DNA from: a virus
IMG/VR virus record: IMGVR_UViG_3300013233_000195
Span: 36,624 to 100,623 of that record
Strand: one strand, 5' to 3'
DNA: 64,000 bases
Made by a program: the position numbers and the translations under genes. Below the pieces are notes generated by a model that was given only the letters and a program-made list of their open reading frames with translations, did not search any database and was not told the DNA's origin. Below, piece by piece: positions 54,277-64,000 of the stretch. The stretch's first letter is position 1, and each line of letters starts with the position of its first letter.

Positions 54277-56076
54277 TTATAGGCCGCCACCTTGACGAAT
54301 CTGAATGTCAACCTTTCCATGATTTGGGGCAACTCCAGTAAGCCCAAAGGCATTTGTCCCGAGTGCCCAGAAGTAATATGTTCCTGCCCACAGTGGGTAA
54401 ACTGTAACATAATAGCCAAAACCTGTATGATCCGAGGCCATATTGGGATATTCATTCTGAGGAACAAAGTTTCCCGACGTGTAAGGATATAAAAGATCAA
54501 CCCCATCTCGAATGTTCCCAGGAATCAAATAGTGGGCTCCTGTTGCACCATCAATGCCCATCCAAGGAGCGAAAGCATCTGTATTCAGAATTACCCAGCC
54601 ATTGGTGGGCATTGGACTACCATCTTGATACTGAGCATTATATAACGCTCTAAATGATCCCGTAGGACTGGTTTCTGAAGAGTCTTGAATAAAGCTCGAT
54701 GTTTGATTCACTATCCTTGGATACTCTACTGAGTCTGTAAGCTGTCCAAGCTCATCTTTTGTAATGTTACCAAAGTTTTTGTCTCTAGCTGTAAGTGTTA
54801 CATACAGATTAGGATCTCCACTGTGTGCATAGGTGGGTGGAGTGCTTTGACCTGCCCCATAAGTGACATCTGCTGCTGGAAGGGGAGTAATACCTCCACT
54901 ATCCATCGTATGCGCTGTTGTATATCCCGACTCACTATTATCTATGAAAGGCCAATCCCACCAACCACTCTGTGTATAACTACCTAAATCAACATCGTAA
55001 GTAAACACACTATGCAATGCACACTCACTAGGAAGATCTGTTGTGAATGTTCCACTAACCTTTAGAGAACCCTGATTTGAGTCATCCCCCTCATCAGCAG
55101 TAACACTTATAGATACACCGCTAAATGCCACTGTGTCACTGTCTTGAAGAGGCTCATTTCTAAATCTATGATTCTGAGTAATCATTTTTATCTCAGTAGC
55201 ATAGAGATAGGTTCTTTCTCCCTGCACAGCGGAACCATAGGTAATGGTTTCTACTCGTGAGTTCCAGCAAGCAGCTACTCCACCCGAAGGCCACTGGAAG
55301 TTTGCTTGAAGAACATCTTTAATGTCCTCTACAATACCCAAGTGGGTTTGGAGAGAAGTAACAGAGTTTGTCAGATGACTCCACAAGATAACCGAGACGG
55401 GACGATCAATGTTTTCCAGTCCAGTAAGTCTGTAATTGTATTGATCCTCTTCAACGGCTACAGAGATAGCAGGGAATCTTGGAATAGGTTCTATTGTCTG
55501 CTTTGTCCAGAAGTTAACTTCCGCTGAGACGGTAGCATCTGCTTGCAGAGCCGCCGAAACCAGGTCCAAGACATCCGTAGCTGCTGTCTTTGCCCAGGTT
55601 GCATTAACCGTTCGTACTGGTCGATCCTCTCGGCTAGTAACCACGATGGGAAGAACAACATGCTGTATTCCTTTGCTTCTAAAGGGAGGATCTTCTCCAA
55701 AAGTTGCTGCTTCTTTTGTAAGATCAAAAGACTTTTCAGTCCCACTCCGTGCTAGTGTGTAGTTCTCATGTAGAATATCTGAGATAGAGTCTGCAAGAGC
55801 CATTGAGTCTGTTGCCGCTGTTTGAAAAGGAATCTTTTCAGTATATACATGGATGTCAACGGCTCTATTAACATCGTAGGTTAGACCACTAAATCTTGCC
55901 CCAATTGTTTCCTCTCTAGGAATAACAAAAATAGCTGGGAAGACCGGCTGCTTAGTAAGAACTCCCCGTTTGAATGTCTTTATAGATTCCAGCCTTTCTC
56001 CGGTTCCAGACTCATCAACAAGTGTACTCTTGATTGTATCTATCAGTTCCCACATGGTAGTGTAAAATGCAGACAT
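54277..56076 (-). CDS. Tail terminator-like protein with two tandem domains plus C-terminal extension
   Basis: Two FPAIxV-containing repeats; position. Confidence 0.55.
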   Translation of the reverse strand: MSAFYTTMWELIDTIKSTLVDESGTGERLESIKTFKRGVLTKQPVFPAIFVIPREETIGARFSGLTYDVNRAVDIHVYTEKIPFQTAATDSMALADSISDILHENYTLARSGTEKSFDLTKEAATFGEDPPFRSKGIQHVVLPIVVTSREDRPVRTVNATWAKTAATDVLDLVSAALQADATVSAEVNFWTKQTIEPIPRFPAISVAVEEDQYNYRLTGLENIDRPVSVILWSHLTNSVTSLQTHLGIVEDIKDVLQANFQWPSGGVAACWNSRVETITYGSAVQGERTYLYATEIKMITQNHRFRNEPLQDSDTVAFSGVSISVTADEGDDSNQGSLKVSGTFTTDLPSECALHSVFTYDVDLGSYTQSGWWDWPFIDNSESGYTTAHTMDSGGITPLPAADVTYGAGQSTPPTYAHSGDPNLYVTLTARDKNFGNITKDELGQLTDSVEYPRIVNQTSSFIQDSSETSPTGSFRALYNAQYQDGSPMPTNGWVILNTDAFAPWMGIDGATGAHYLIPGNIRDGVDLLYPYTSGNFVPQNEYPNMASDHTGFGYYVTVYPLWAGTYYFWALGTNAFGLTGVAPNHGKVDIQIRQGGGL

Positions 56077-57116
56077 TAGTAATCAACTCTCACTTCGCAT
56101 GCAAGGGTTATCAAAGAGGAGTAGAGAGTATCTCTCTTTCCATCTGCTGAGTAAGCCCCATGATCTACCCGAGGTATCCACGAGTCCACACACAACCCAC
56201 CCCAGCCATAGTTCTGAAATAACACATCTCGAACTTGCTCAACCCGACTAAGGTGTTGAGTTAGGGAAGACTGCGTTGGCAACATCTGACTCCACACAAT
56301 CAACTGCACAGCGACAACGCGAGATTCCCAACCAGTATGTCTAATCTGCTCAACTTCCTCCATCCCCATTGTCAGCGCAGGATATTTTGAAATCGGAGGA
56401 ATGTTCTGCTTTTCAAAAGTTTTGAAAACAGATGACAGCGTTGAATCTCCACTAATAGTAGTATAGATAGCGTCTAGAAGAGGTTTTACTCCTCCGCTTT
56501 GCCACGTTGTACTCTGTGTGATAACTGCTGGCAAATCTAGAAAGGTCTTGATGACAATTGGAATTTCAACACTCTGTAGTCCTTGTGCTCTCTCAGGATT
56601 GATAGGCCCTAGAGCAGCATTTCCAATATGTACGGTCAAAGCCTTATCTACATAGTCAACATTTTCTGTTGTTGTATTATCCAGTGTATGGTCTAGCAAC
56701 TTTGGATTCCAATTTATGATGTCTTGGAGGCTCTCCCACAGAGTAATTCCAGAGCGCATGGTCGAGCTTATTGGAACTCCCTTAGTATACAAGTTTGCCT
56801 GTAAGGAGTAGTTAGCCGTATACCTTCCCAAACCACCAGAAGGCTGCTGATACTCCTCGTAAAGGGGCACAAGGACAACTGTGGGAAACACAGCTAGTTT
56901 GGCTGATGGAGCTAAACTTAGCTTTTGTATTCCACTGAGGGCTCTTCCAGATTGTTTAAAATAGGTCAAAACATTCTTAAAGGTTGTCATCATATCAGAA
57001 AGGTTCTCCCGATATGGACGATTCTGTACTGACACTTCAGTTCCTCCAATGATTGTGGCTTTTGCCATTTGTGCTGCTTCAATGTGTGGGGCTTTGGGAT
57101 AGAGCAGTTGCTCCAA
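56076..57116 (-). CDS. Tail terminator/completion-like protein with two tandem domains
   Basis: FPTVVLVP and YPALTM repeats, similar to the previous gene. Confidence 0.55.
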   Translation of the reverse strand: MEQLLYPKAPHIEAAQMAKATIIGGTEVSVQNRPYRENLSDMMTTFKNVLTYFKQSGRALSGIQKLSLAPSAKLAVFPTVVLVPLYEEYQQPSGGLGRYTANYSLQANLYTKGVPISSTMRSGITLWESLQDIINWNPKLLDHTLDNTTTENVDYVDKALTVHIGNAALGPINPERAQGLQSVEIPIVIKTFLDLPAVITQSTTWQSGGVKPLLDAIYTTISGDSTLSSVFKTFEKQNIPPISKYPALTMGMEEVEQIRHTGWESRVVAVQLIVWSQMLPTQSSLTQHLSRVEQVRDVLFQNYGWGGLCVDSWIPRVDHGAYSADGKRDTLYSSLITLACEVRVDY

Positions 57117-57212
57117 TAGAGGCTTTTACAGATAAAAGAACTACAGAGAGTTCTTTCTAAGAGGGGTGCGAGCTTAACTCGGAATACTACGTTACAACTT
57201 GAAAGAGCCTTG

Positions 57213-57980
57213 TTACTTATTGAATTTTCCGGTTGGGCGATACTTGCCCTTACCTCCTTTGAGAGACTTACCAAAATTACTGGTAGATCTTACATTTCCA
57301 CGCCGACCTCCACCAGACTTTGAACCTTTGGATAGCTTATTTCGTTTTGCTACTTGCTCTACAGCGCTTTCCATATATTCTCTGGCTAGACGCTTGAGTT
57401 TTGTGTTCAGAACGCCCGAGAAGGCTATGAAGGGTCTTGCAGGCACCACAAAGTGAGCAGCCTTGACCTTCTTCTTATACCCTTCTGGATAATGCTTCCA
57501 TCGAGGAAGCCTCATTGCCCGCTTCCCACGCATTGTAATTGCTGGTCGAGTTCCAGAGAAACCAAAGTTGTGCAATTGAGCTAAATCAATTACTCCTGTT
57601 TTTGTCTTTGCTAATACTGACATTCCAAAAGTTAATGTCTGAGCCGTAATTTTTAGAATGTTTCCTGGAGAGCCAATATGACCTGCTCGATAAAGTCTTC
57701 CAGAAGTTCCCCAAAGCTGTTTCTTAGGAGCTGGATAACCATGCATTTCTTTGTGTCTTACAGTTCTGAGTGTCAAGCGGTGCCAAGAACCACCGCGAAC
57801 TGGGTTAGTCTGATTTCTAAATGACCTTAGAGTGTTTTCTTCAAAGAGCTTTGCAGCCTGCTTGAAAAAAGGACGTAAGTTTTTAGACATAGAACGAAGA
57901 GTTCGAATCAAGTCATAAAAAGCGTCATCGTACAGCGTAACTTTAATTTGAACAAGATTATCTTTCGCCGGAGTTGTCAT
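57213..57980 (-). CDS. Virion morphogenesis / tail completion protein (Mu gpG, P2 S-like)
   Basis: F..Q.NP..W, HNFG, PARPFI. Confidence 0.8.
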   Translation of the reverse strand: MTTPAKDNLVQIKVTLYDDAFYDLIRTLRSMSKNLRPFFKQAAKLFEENTLRSFRNQTNPVRGGSWHRLTLRTVRHKEMHGYPAPKKQLWGTSGRLYRAGHIGSPGNILKITAQTLTFGMSVLAKTKTGVIDLAQLHNFGFSGTRPAITMRGKRAMRLPRWKHYPEGYKKKVKAAHFVVPARPFIAFSGVLNTKLKRLAREYMESAVEQVAKRNKLSKGSKSGGGRRGNVRSTSNFGKSLKGGKGKYRPTGKFNK

Positions 57981-58766
57981 TTACCACCACGGAGATAACA
58001 TCCCGCCGAAGAACATATTAGCTACATTGTTCCCCGGTGTCCTATGGAAGCTCACAAGTTCTGTATTATCATAAGGAGTCACATCATTTCCAAACATGTC
58101 AATGTGCCAAGTGCTAGGAATTGGGGCAATGTCTCTCGCAGGTCTAGATGTTAACTCTGCTTTGCCCTCAATGATAAGATTGAGAAGTTCCATTCCACGA
58201 TCATAGAATGTATTTCCTGCATCAGCCTCATTAGGCTGCTGCTGATTAAACACAGTATTTACAAGATGTCCACCAGTCAGCAGATTTGAAATTGGGATTA
58301 ATGAGGGCTGAGTATTGAACGTGTCTATGTAGAAAACATCTCCAGCTACAGCCGCTCCAGAAGACCATGCCGATGCCGTTCCATCAATGGAAAGAACTCC
58401 ATTGGTAGAAGTATAAGAAGTTGAAACCGTCCCAGTCCCCTGCGTACCACTCAAAGAACCACTTACCGAGAAAGAAGTTGTATCTGTAAAGGTTATTGTC
58501 CAAGTTTCTGTTATGGCATCTGCCGTGATACTAGCAGCTTCAAGCACCTTTGTTCCACTGTTTGCCGCTGGATTCCAGCCCACAAGGAAGGGTGTGGAAA
58601 GGAGAGCAGACAGCCCATACTTTTCACCCAAAGCAAGCTCAATAACCCCCTTAGCATGGAGCAGATGAGGAGTTAGCTCTGTATTAGATCGAACTGAGGA
58701 GTCAATAGACTGATCCAGTTCCCTTGCTCCCTGTGGGGTTGAGTAGAACTGTGTTGTAAAGCTCAT
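57981..58766 (-). CDS. Head-tail adaptor-like protein with inserted beta domain
   Basis: YST N-terminus, LxxIxxGK C-terminal motif, position. Confidence 0.55.
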   Translation of the reverse strand: MSFTTQFYSTPQGARELDQSIDSSVRSNTELTPHLLHAKGVIELALGEKYGLSALLSTPFLVGWNPAANSGTKVLEAASITADAITETWTITFTDTTSFSVSGSLSGTQGTGTVSTSYTSTNGVLSIDGTASAWSSGAAVAGDVFYIDTFNTQPSLIPISNLLTGGHLVNTVFNQQQPNEADAGNTFYDRGMELLNLIIEGKAELTSRPARDIAPIPSTWHIDMFGNDVTPYDNTELVSFHRTPGNNVANMFFGGMLSPWW

Positions 58767-58786
58767 TGAACTCCTCCTTCACTAGT

Positions 58787-58815
58787 AGTATACCACAACG
58801 CCAAGATTTTGTCAA
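58787..58815 (-). promoter_or_regulatory. sigma70 promoter for the neck/tail operon
   Basis: TTGACA-N17-TATACT, TGn. Confidence 0.75.
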
Positions 58816-58821
58816 GTAAAA

Positions 58822-59292
58822 TTATTTCCTTGGACGCTTGCGGGTACTGACCTTCGTAGACTTGATCTTAATTTCCTTCTGAGGTCTTTTAACTACTGAC
58901 ATCTCATTAAAAGTGGACTTCAAAACCCTTTTCTTTGGATCTAGCTTTAGAGTAGCAATTCCCTTACGGCGAAAGGCCCCAAGGATTAGACGGTTTGCCG
59001 TAGATCGTTGTTTAATTTCATTATGATTATTGAAAAGGGTCTCAGCAGCAAGAGATACAAGAACAGGCCACGGTTTCGTTCCATGTTGTACAATGGCCTC
59101 ATCCGTAACATCATCAGCATGAATTGCCAACCTCTCAGACCGCTGGCGTTTAATTGTAGAGTTCATTTGCTGCCGACCCTTGTTGGCAAGATATAATGCA
59201 ATTGCAGAAACAACCGCACTAAGAATCTTGCCAAAAACAGCGCTCCCGGTTAGTAGTTCAAACATTTTTGTCTCCTCTTTTAAGAAACTCAT
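58822..59292 (-). CDS. Holin-like single-TM protein
   Basis: N-terminal TM, basic C-terminus, next to the amidase. Confidence 0.45.
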   Translation of the reverse strand: MSFLKEETKMFELLTGSAVFGKILSAVVSAIALYLANKGRQQMNSTIKRQRSERLAIHADDVTDEAIVQHGTKPWPVLVSLAAETLFNNHNEIKQRSTANRLILGAFRRKGIATLKLDPKKRVLKSTFNEMSVVKRPQKEIKIKSTKVSTRKRPRK

Positions 59293-59839
59293 TCAGTCCT
59301 AGCATAATTCCGATTGAGGCTAGAATGAGATCAAATGAGTCATCAAGGTACTGAGAGTCCTCAAGACTTGTAATGAATCCAAGCTCCACAAGAGCAATAG
59401 GAATTTGTGGGGCTGTTTCTTTTAGAACCCATAGATTCTTTCGTTTCTTAGTTCGCCGTACCTTGATAGGCACGATGCTCTTCAGCCCTGCTAGTAAGTC
59501 CTTAGCAAGCTGCTTATGAGAGTCTTGATAGTATAGAACCTCAATCCCATGTGCTTGTGAGTTAACAAAAGCATTTGCATGAACTGAGAGAGCTACATCA
59601 GGCTTCAGAGTGTTTATCAGCTTAGTCCTTGTCTTGAGAGGACCACCAAGTACCCATGTTTCAGCGCCACAAGCTCCAAGAATCCATCGCAGATTGTGAG
59701 CCACCTCAGCAGTAATGTCACCCTCAACAAGTTCTCCCCAAGTTGCCCCCGAGTCTTTGCCAAGATGTCCAGCTAACAGGACAATTTTTTTCCCTCGAAG
59801 GTAATTGATAGGAGTTCGCTTACTGTTGGCTATGACCAT
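59258..59839 (-). CDS. Endolysin, N-acetylmuramoyl-L-alanine amidase (Amidase_3)
   Basis: AGHLGKDSGA, E, SVHANA, LVELGFI. Confidence 0.92.
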   Translation of the reverse strand: MVIANSKRTPINYLRGKKIVLLAGHLGKDSGATWGELVEGDITAEVAHNLRWILGACGAETWVLGGPLKTRTKLINTLKPDVALSVHANAFVNSQAHGIEVLYYQDSHKQLAKDLLAGLKSIVPIKVRRTKKRKNLWVLKETAPQIPIALVELGFITSLEDSQYLDDSFDLILASIGIMLGLNEFLKRGDKNV

Positions 59840-60155
59840 CTTGTTTTATTAGCTCCAGGATTAGAGAGTTGTTTCTAGTTAACTCATCCTCAATACTACC
59901 TAGCCGTTGCTCCAGTCCCTGTTGAAAAATGTTGAAGGTTTCTAAGTTTACACTTGCTCTAGCATTGGCAGCCAACTCTTCCCTAGTAACATAATTTGAA
60001 GAGGTATTTATATCAAAACCAAATGAGCGATCTCGAACTTCCAATACCCCCAGAATTGAGACAACAAGAGCAAGAATACCAATAATCACCTTCAGTCCAC
60101 TCGTGTTTTTACAGTCATTATCATTTGCCAAGTCACCCACCTCTTTCATTTTCAC
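59820..60155 (-). CDS. Membrane protein of the lysis cassette (holin/spanin-like)
   Basis: One TM plus coiled coil. Confidence 0.45.
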   Translation of the reverse strand: MKMKEVGDLANDNDCKNTSGLKVIIGILALVVSILGVLEVRDRSFGFDINTSSNYVTREELAANARASVNLETFNIFQQGLEQRLGSIEDELTRNNSLILELIKQDGHSQQ

Positions 60156-60221
60156 TTCCCAAGATTAAAGTAGTTAGATGCCAAGGCAAATTAGTAGCCA
60201 CTGCATCTGTCCAAGTTGTGT

Positions 60222-60253
60222 GAGTAGGGACAGTCCGAAGACTGTCCCTACTC
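60222..60253 (-). terminator. Strong hairpin after the major capsid gene
   Basis: GAGTAGGGACAGTC-CGAA-GACTGTCCCTACTC (UUCG loop on -). Confidence 0.75.
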
Positions 60254-60267
60254 TAATCAGTGGCTCT

Positions 60268-61449
60268 TTACGCCACATCAGCCATAGCAACATAGCCAAA
60301 GTGAAGTGGAGCGCAACCACCCATGTACGAGATCTTAAATCTGCGCACAATGTCAGAAGCGAAAGCAGACTCAGAGTTGTTGGTCTGCACTTCCACTCGT
60401 GGCTTCCACACCCACTGCCAGCGTGTCTGCTTCGCAGGATCACCAAGGTAGTAATCCTTTGGAGTAGGATTCACCTGATCTAGATAAGGTGAGGAGAACA
60501 CTCGGTACTTGTTACGGAATGTGTTGATTGCCCAATCAGCCGAATTGGACACACGATCTGTACCGATGACCTGATCTGCTGTGGTCTCAAGAGTTGCAGG
60601 AACCATTAGAATGTGAGGGTTCACAAACATATAGTCCCCACGCTCATCAACCATCTTGGCTAGCAGCACTCTTAGAGCATCAACACCAGCGAAAGCAAGT
60701 GCTCCCGCAGAAGTGGTGAGGTTAGCAGCAGCATATCCGCCACCAGTGAGCTTACCATACCAAGTAGCATGGGTAGCAGCATACATAGCCCGAGCAGTAC
60801 CATCAATCTTGAATGTTTGCTGTGTAGCCAAACCACTAGCGTTTACTGCCTGATCGGTTACAACTTCAACAATCCACCTGTGGCGATGAAGACCAATCTT
60901 CTCTCCAAGCTGAGATGCACGACGAACGATAGTTCCCCTGTCATCAAACAAGATAGCTTCCTTGGTAAGAGAAATTACCTCTCCGAACTTGTAGTTCTTG
61001 ATGTTGACAGTCTTCTCACCGATGTGTACTTCTTGATAAGCCTCATGCTCTTCAACACGAGTTAGGTTTGGAGCAGGCTCAATACCCGCAACGTCGTCCG
61101 ACTTGTGTGTCGAGGTCGTTTCGTGTACAAGCTGCTCTGCGCCGTTCAAACCATATTCATAAGCTGGAAGCATCTCAGAGCTAATTAGCTTTGACGTAAT
61201 GTATGGGAACTCACTAGCTCCTACAGCTTGAGCAATGCGCTCAGTGTTGTCAAGATCAAGCGCGTCTAGTTGCTGATCTGGATTGACAAAGGTGTCAAAC
61301 ATCTCTCTTAGAGAGAAGTCCATTGCCTTTGCCTTACCGGATGCCAGGAGCTTGCTGATCTGCCTTGCGGCAAGTCTGCGAGCCTTGGCAGAGTCAGTAC
61401 CAGTCTCTGCTTGAAATTGCTCAACAAGATTAGCAGTTCTATAAACCAT
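60268..61449 (-). CDS. Major capsid protein (HK97 fold, Mu gpT-like)
   Basis: KFGEVISLTKEAILFDD, PxILMVP, SPYL; position. Confidence 0.88.
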   Translation of the reverse strand: MVYRTANLVEQFQAETGTDSAKARRLAARQISKLLASGKAKAMDFSLREMFDTFVNPDQQLDALDLDNTERIAQAVGASEFPYITSKLISSEMLPAYEYGLNGAEQLVHETTSTHKSDDVAGIEPAPNLTRVEEHEAYQEVHIGEKTVNIKNYKFGEVISLTKEAILFDDRGTIVRRASQLGEKIGLHRHRWIVEVVTDQAVNASGLATQQTFKIDGTARAMYAATHATWYGKLTGGGYAAANLTTSAGALAFAGVDALRVLLAKMVDERGDYMFVNPHILMVPATLETTADQVIGTDRVSNSADWAINTFRNKYRVFSSPYLDQVNPTPKDYYLGDPAKQTRWQWVWKPRVEVQTNNSESAFASDIVRRFKISYMGGCAPLHFGYVAMADVA

Positions 61450-61474
61450 CTATTTACACCTCCCTTATCATCTA

Positions 61475-61948
61475 TTAAGTGGATGCTAGACCCCAGAAGT
61501 GGGCAGCATAGACGTTACCCAGTAGGGGAACGTTGAAGTAAACCAATCCATAGCCAGCAGCATCGAAGCGTTGGTAGGCCCAAGCAACGGTATCTGTTGG
61601 ATCTGGTGAAAGAACCCATTCGGTTCCATTGTCTCCCGATTGATACTCACAGATTGCTCCAGGATCACATGCTGCATCAACCTTGACGCGCATGACACCC
61701 TCAAGGGCCACAATTAGATTGTCGCTCTCAGCAGCAGCCAGACTTAGATAGCCCATAGCCACTCCGGCAAACTCAGTGCTTTCAGCTTGCGCATCCATTA
61801 CATCGAGTCCGGTATCTGTAGTATTCCAAATAACTAGATCACCATAGGTAACTTCCACAGCGGTATCAGTAAGACCACAAGGTAGTTCTGCGGTTTGATA
61901 AGGCATTGGATTGTACACCAAGGTAATGCTAGACTTTGTATTAGCCAT
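61475..61948 (-). CDS. Head decoration/cement protein
   Basis: GDLV, FAGVA motifs; between protease and MCP. Confidence 0.65.
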   Translation of the reverse strand: MANTKSSITLVYNPMPYQTAELPCGLTDTAVEVTYGDLVIWNTTDTGLDVMDAQAESTEFAGVAMGYLSLAAAESDNLIVALEGVMRVKVDAACDPGAICEYQSGDNGTEWVLSPDPTDTVAWAYQRFDAAGYGLVYFNVPLLGNVYAAHFWGLAST

Positions 61949-61977
61949 TCATTTTCACCTTCCCTTCTTGGACCTAA

Positions 61978-63132
61978 TTAGTCAGCTTGCAAAATGTCTA
62001 GAGCGGCCTCCGTACTTAGCAGACCAGCTCTCTTCTGTGTTTCCTCCTTCTCGTTCTCGGAAACACCCATACCCTCGACCTTCCCCTTATCATTATCAGA
62101 CTTCTCAGTCTTTAGCGACTGTAGAAACTTAGCCTGCTCCTTCACAGCAGCCTTAACAGCCACTTCGTCACGACTAAGATCCCATAGAGACTCCATAATA
62201 ATCTTTGGAAGATCGGTGTCAATCTTGGCTTCCTTCAACTGAGCCACAACAAACTCCTTGCGCTCATGGAGAGCCTGAACACTCTCAAGCTCCTTCACAG
62301 CCTTCTCCGCATCCTCTGCACGTTCTTGGAGAGACTTGTTATCCTCCTCCAACTTGGAGATCTTCTCAGTAACCTCCTGTGCAGTGGTAGCGGAAGCGAC
62401 TAGCTCCTGGGCAAGAGTCTTGCCCTCCTCTGTCGAGGTAAGCCACTCATACACTTCTTGTCTTGTCATTTTTGCACCCCCCTCATTTTCTGAATTTTGA
62501 AGTTCTAAACGCTCTCTAATACGTGAAACTCCTGAAGTCGTCCACGATGCTTCAGGAGACCAGGATTCACTCGCCTTCACATTGTCAATTCCCCCACCAG
62601 CGGCGGGATAATCCACAAAGTCGGTTGAACGATACTTGAGAATCTCACGGATTGCAATGCCCCTCTGGTCCCCCTCTTCTTTTGGCTCAACCTTCGCAAA
62701 AAGGTCCACACTCACACCAAGACCTGAGAAAGATTCTCCATCAGCCACAGAGGCTTGGGCTCTCTTGAACATTGCATTTCCAAGTGCATCATCAATGAAA
62801 TATGCTTGTCCCTTTACAACACCATCAGGCTCCACCCAGGCTTTCACAGATGCAACCCAGTCAAGCACACTGCGGGGTGGCAGAGGGCCGGATGGCCTGT
62901 CCGCAACCACATGGTCAACATACATCTTGTCCCGACCTTCGTTGATCTTTTCAGCCACAGATGCAGTAATTTCTTTATCCCAGTAAACTCCATTTTTGGA
63001 CCAACCAGGACGGAGAATTGTAATTTTAGCGGACTTTTGACCATTTTCCTCTTGAACTTCTTGAAGTTCAATATCTTCACCAAAATGACACTCTTGAATT
63101 GCCATTTCCATTGTGTTTGCCATATTTTTCAT
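61978..63132 (-). CDS. Prohead protease-scaffold fusion
   Basis: GWSKNG, YVDH, GVS, SxDFVDxPAAGG; coiled-coil C-terminus. Confidence 0.85.
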   Translation of the reverse strand: MKNMANTMEMAIQECHFGEDIELQEVQEENGQKSAKITILRPGWSKNGVYWDKEITASVAEKINEGRDKMYVDHVVADRPSGPLPPRSVLDWVASVKAWVEPDGVVKGQAYFIDDALGNAMFKRAQASVADGESFSGLGVSVDLFAKVEPKEEGDQRGIAIREILKYRSTDFVDYPAAGGGIDNVKASESWSPEASWTTSGVSRIRERLELQNSENEGGAKMTRQEVYEWLTSTEEGKTLAQELVASATTAQEVTEKISKLEEDNKSLQERAEDAEKAVKELESVQALHERKEFVVAQLKEAKIDTDLPKIIMESLWDLSRDEVAVKAAVKEQAKFLQSLKTEKSDNDKGKVEGMGVSENEKEETQKRAGLLSTEAALDILQAD

Positions 63133-63145
63133 TCACCCCCTAAAA

Positions 63146-63637
63146 TCAATACAGTGTATCTCCATTGTCCACAGGAATTGGCTCAAAGTACTCAATCTCT
63201 GGACTTCTGCGGAAAAAGAGGCAGGACACTGGACCGCTGTTCATGGAGTCCTGCGGTTGACTCAGCCGCACCTGTGGTAGACTGCACACACCAGTTCCGG
63301 TCACATCGCGCATAGTAGCAAAAACACAGGGGCTCTTGCACAGCACGGTCGTGCCTGGTCCTGTTGGTGCTGTCATTTCAACAGCCTCATTTATTTCATT
63401 TTGTTTGATTTTTGATGTTTTCTGGTGGGATTTTGCTGAGATTTTTTCCACAGCGGAGTGGAGAATTTCCACAAACTGGGGAGATTTCATTTTGGCTTCA
63501 CTGACCTGATTGCACAGGAGATCAGCAATTTCAGATGCTGCTCTATCTCGCTGATAAGCTGTCAGAGCGCTTGAATCCGCTTCAAGCATCTGCACAGCTT
63601 TCAACCTGATTTTTTGCCGTAAGTCTAATGAACCCAT
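63146..63637 (-). CDS. Hypothetical protein
   Basis: SD GGAGGT before M(L)MGSLD. Confidence 0.55.
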   Translation of the reverse strand: MGSLDLRQKIRLKAVQMLEADSSALTAYQRDRAASEIADLLCNQVSEAKMKSPQFVEILHSAVEKISAKSHQKTSKIKQNEINEAVEMTAPTGPGTTVLCKSPCVFATMRDVTGTGVCSLPQVRLSQPQDSMNSGPVSCLFFRRSPEIEYFEPIPVDNGDTLY

Positions 63638-63702
63638 AAGCATACCTCCACAGACATAGTGAAAAATCACAAGCGTAAAAAGTACCCCAACCTGTTGAGA
63701 CT

Positions 63703-63875
63703 TCCCCGACTCAAGACTAGTATACCACACTTCGGCTGTTTTGTCAAGGGGTAAAGATTTTCCACCCCACAGGCAGAGCCATTCCTGCCCGACATCCCAC
63801 AACCACCGCAGAGAGTCCCCCGACTCAAGTGAATTATACCACAAGTTGCCCAGTTTGTCAAGGGGTAAAGATTCC
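63703..63875 (-). promoter_or_regulatory. Duplicated promoter cassette: two sigma70 promoters 114 bp apart
   Basis: TTGACA-N17-TATACT (63719-63747) and TTGACA-N17-TATAAT (63833-63861); shared flanks CCCCGACTCAAG and GTCAAGGGGTAAAGATT. Confidence 0.8.
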
Positions 63876-64000
63876 ACAGGCATAATTCCACTCCTGTGCC
63901 CTCCTAACCCACACAAACAGCTTGTTCCCAAGACCCCAGGAAGCCGCCGAAGGCGAGCTTCCCACCCCCGGCGAGCCGAAGGCGAAGCCGTGGGGTGAAT

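Overview
A 64-kb segment of a tailed (siphovirus-like, no sheath seen) phage genome. The host is probably a diderm bacterium, inferred from a phage-encoded beta-barrel-like protein, a GT9 glycosyltransferase and sigma54/IHF-type sites. 1-5.9 kb holds + strand accessory genes: a C-terminally short PtuA/Septu-like ABC ATPase, an Rnl2-like RNA ligase and a C5 DNA methyltransferase with an overlapping alternative-frame subunit. Everything from 6.2 kb onward is on the - strand. 6-22 kb contains small early-type genes behind near-consensus sigma70 promoters, interleaved with seven perfect sigma54 -24/-12 sites facing the opposite way. 22-34.7 kb is an array of 35 tRNA genes covering all 20 amino acids. 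The array also contains a tmRNA with a 40-codon tag and several non-canonical structured RNAs: a circularly permuted (T-acceptor-D) tRNA mimic, a CCA-less tRNA mimic, a ~180-nt 6S-like rod and a short-arm tRNA with an ACU anticodon. An SF2 helicase follows, then the tail (three tube paralogues), lysis and head modules. All calls were made by eye from sequence motifs; no database searches or folding programs were run.
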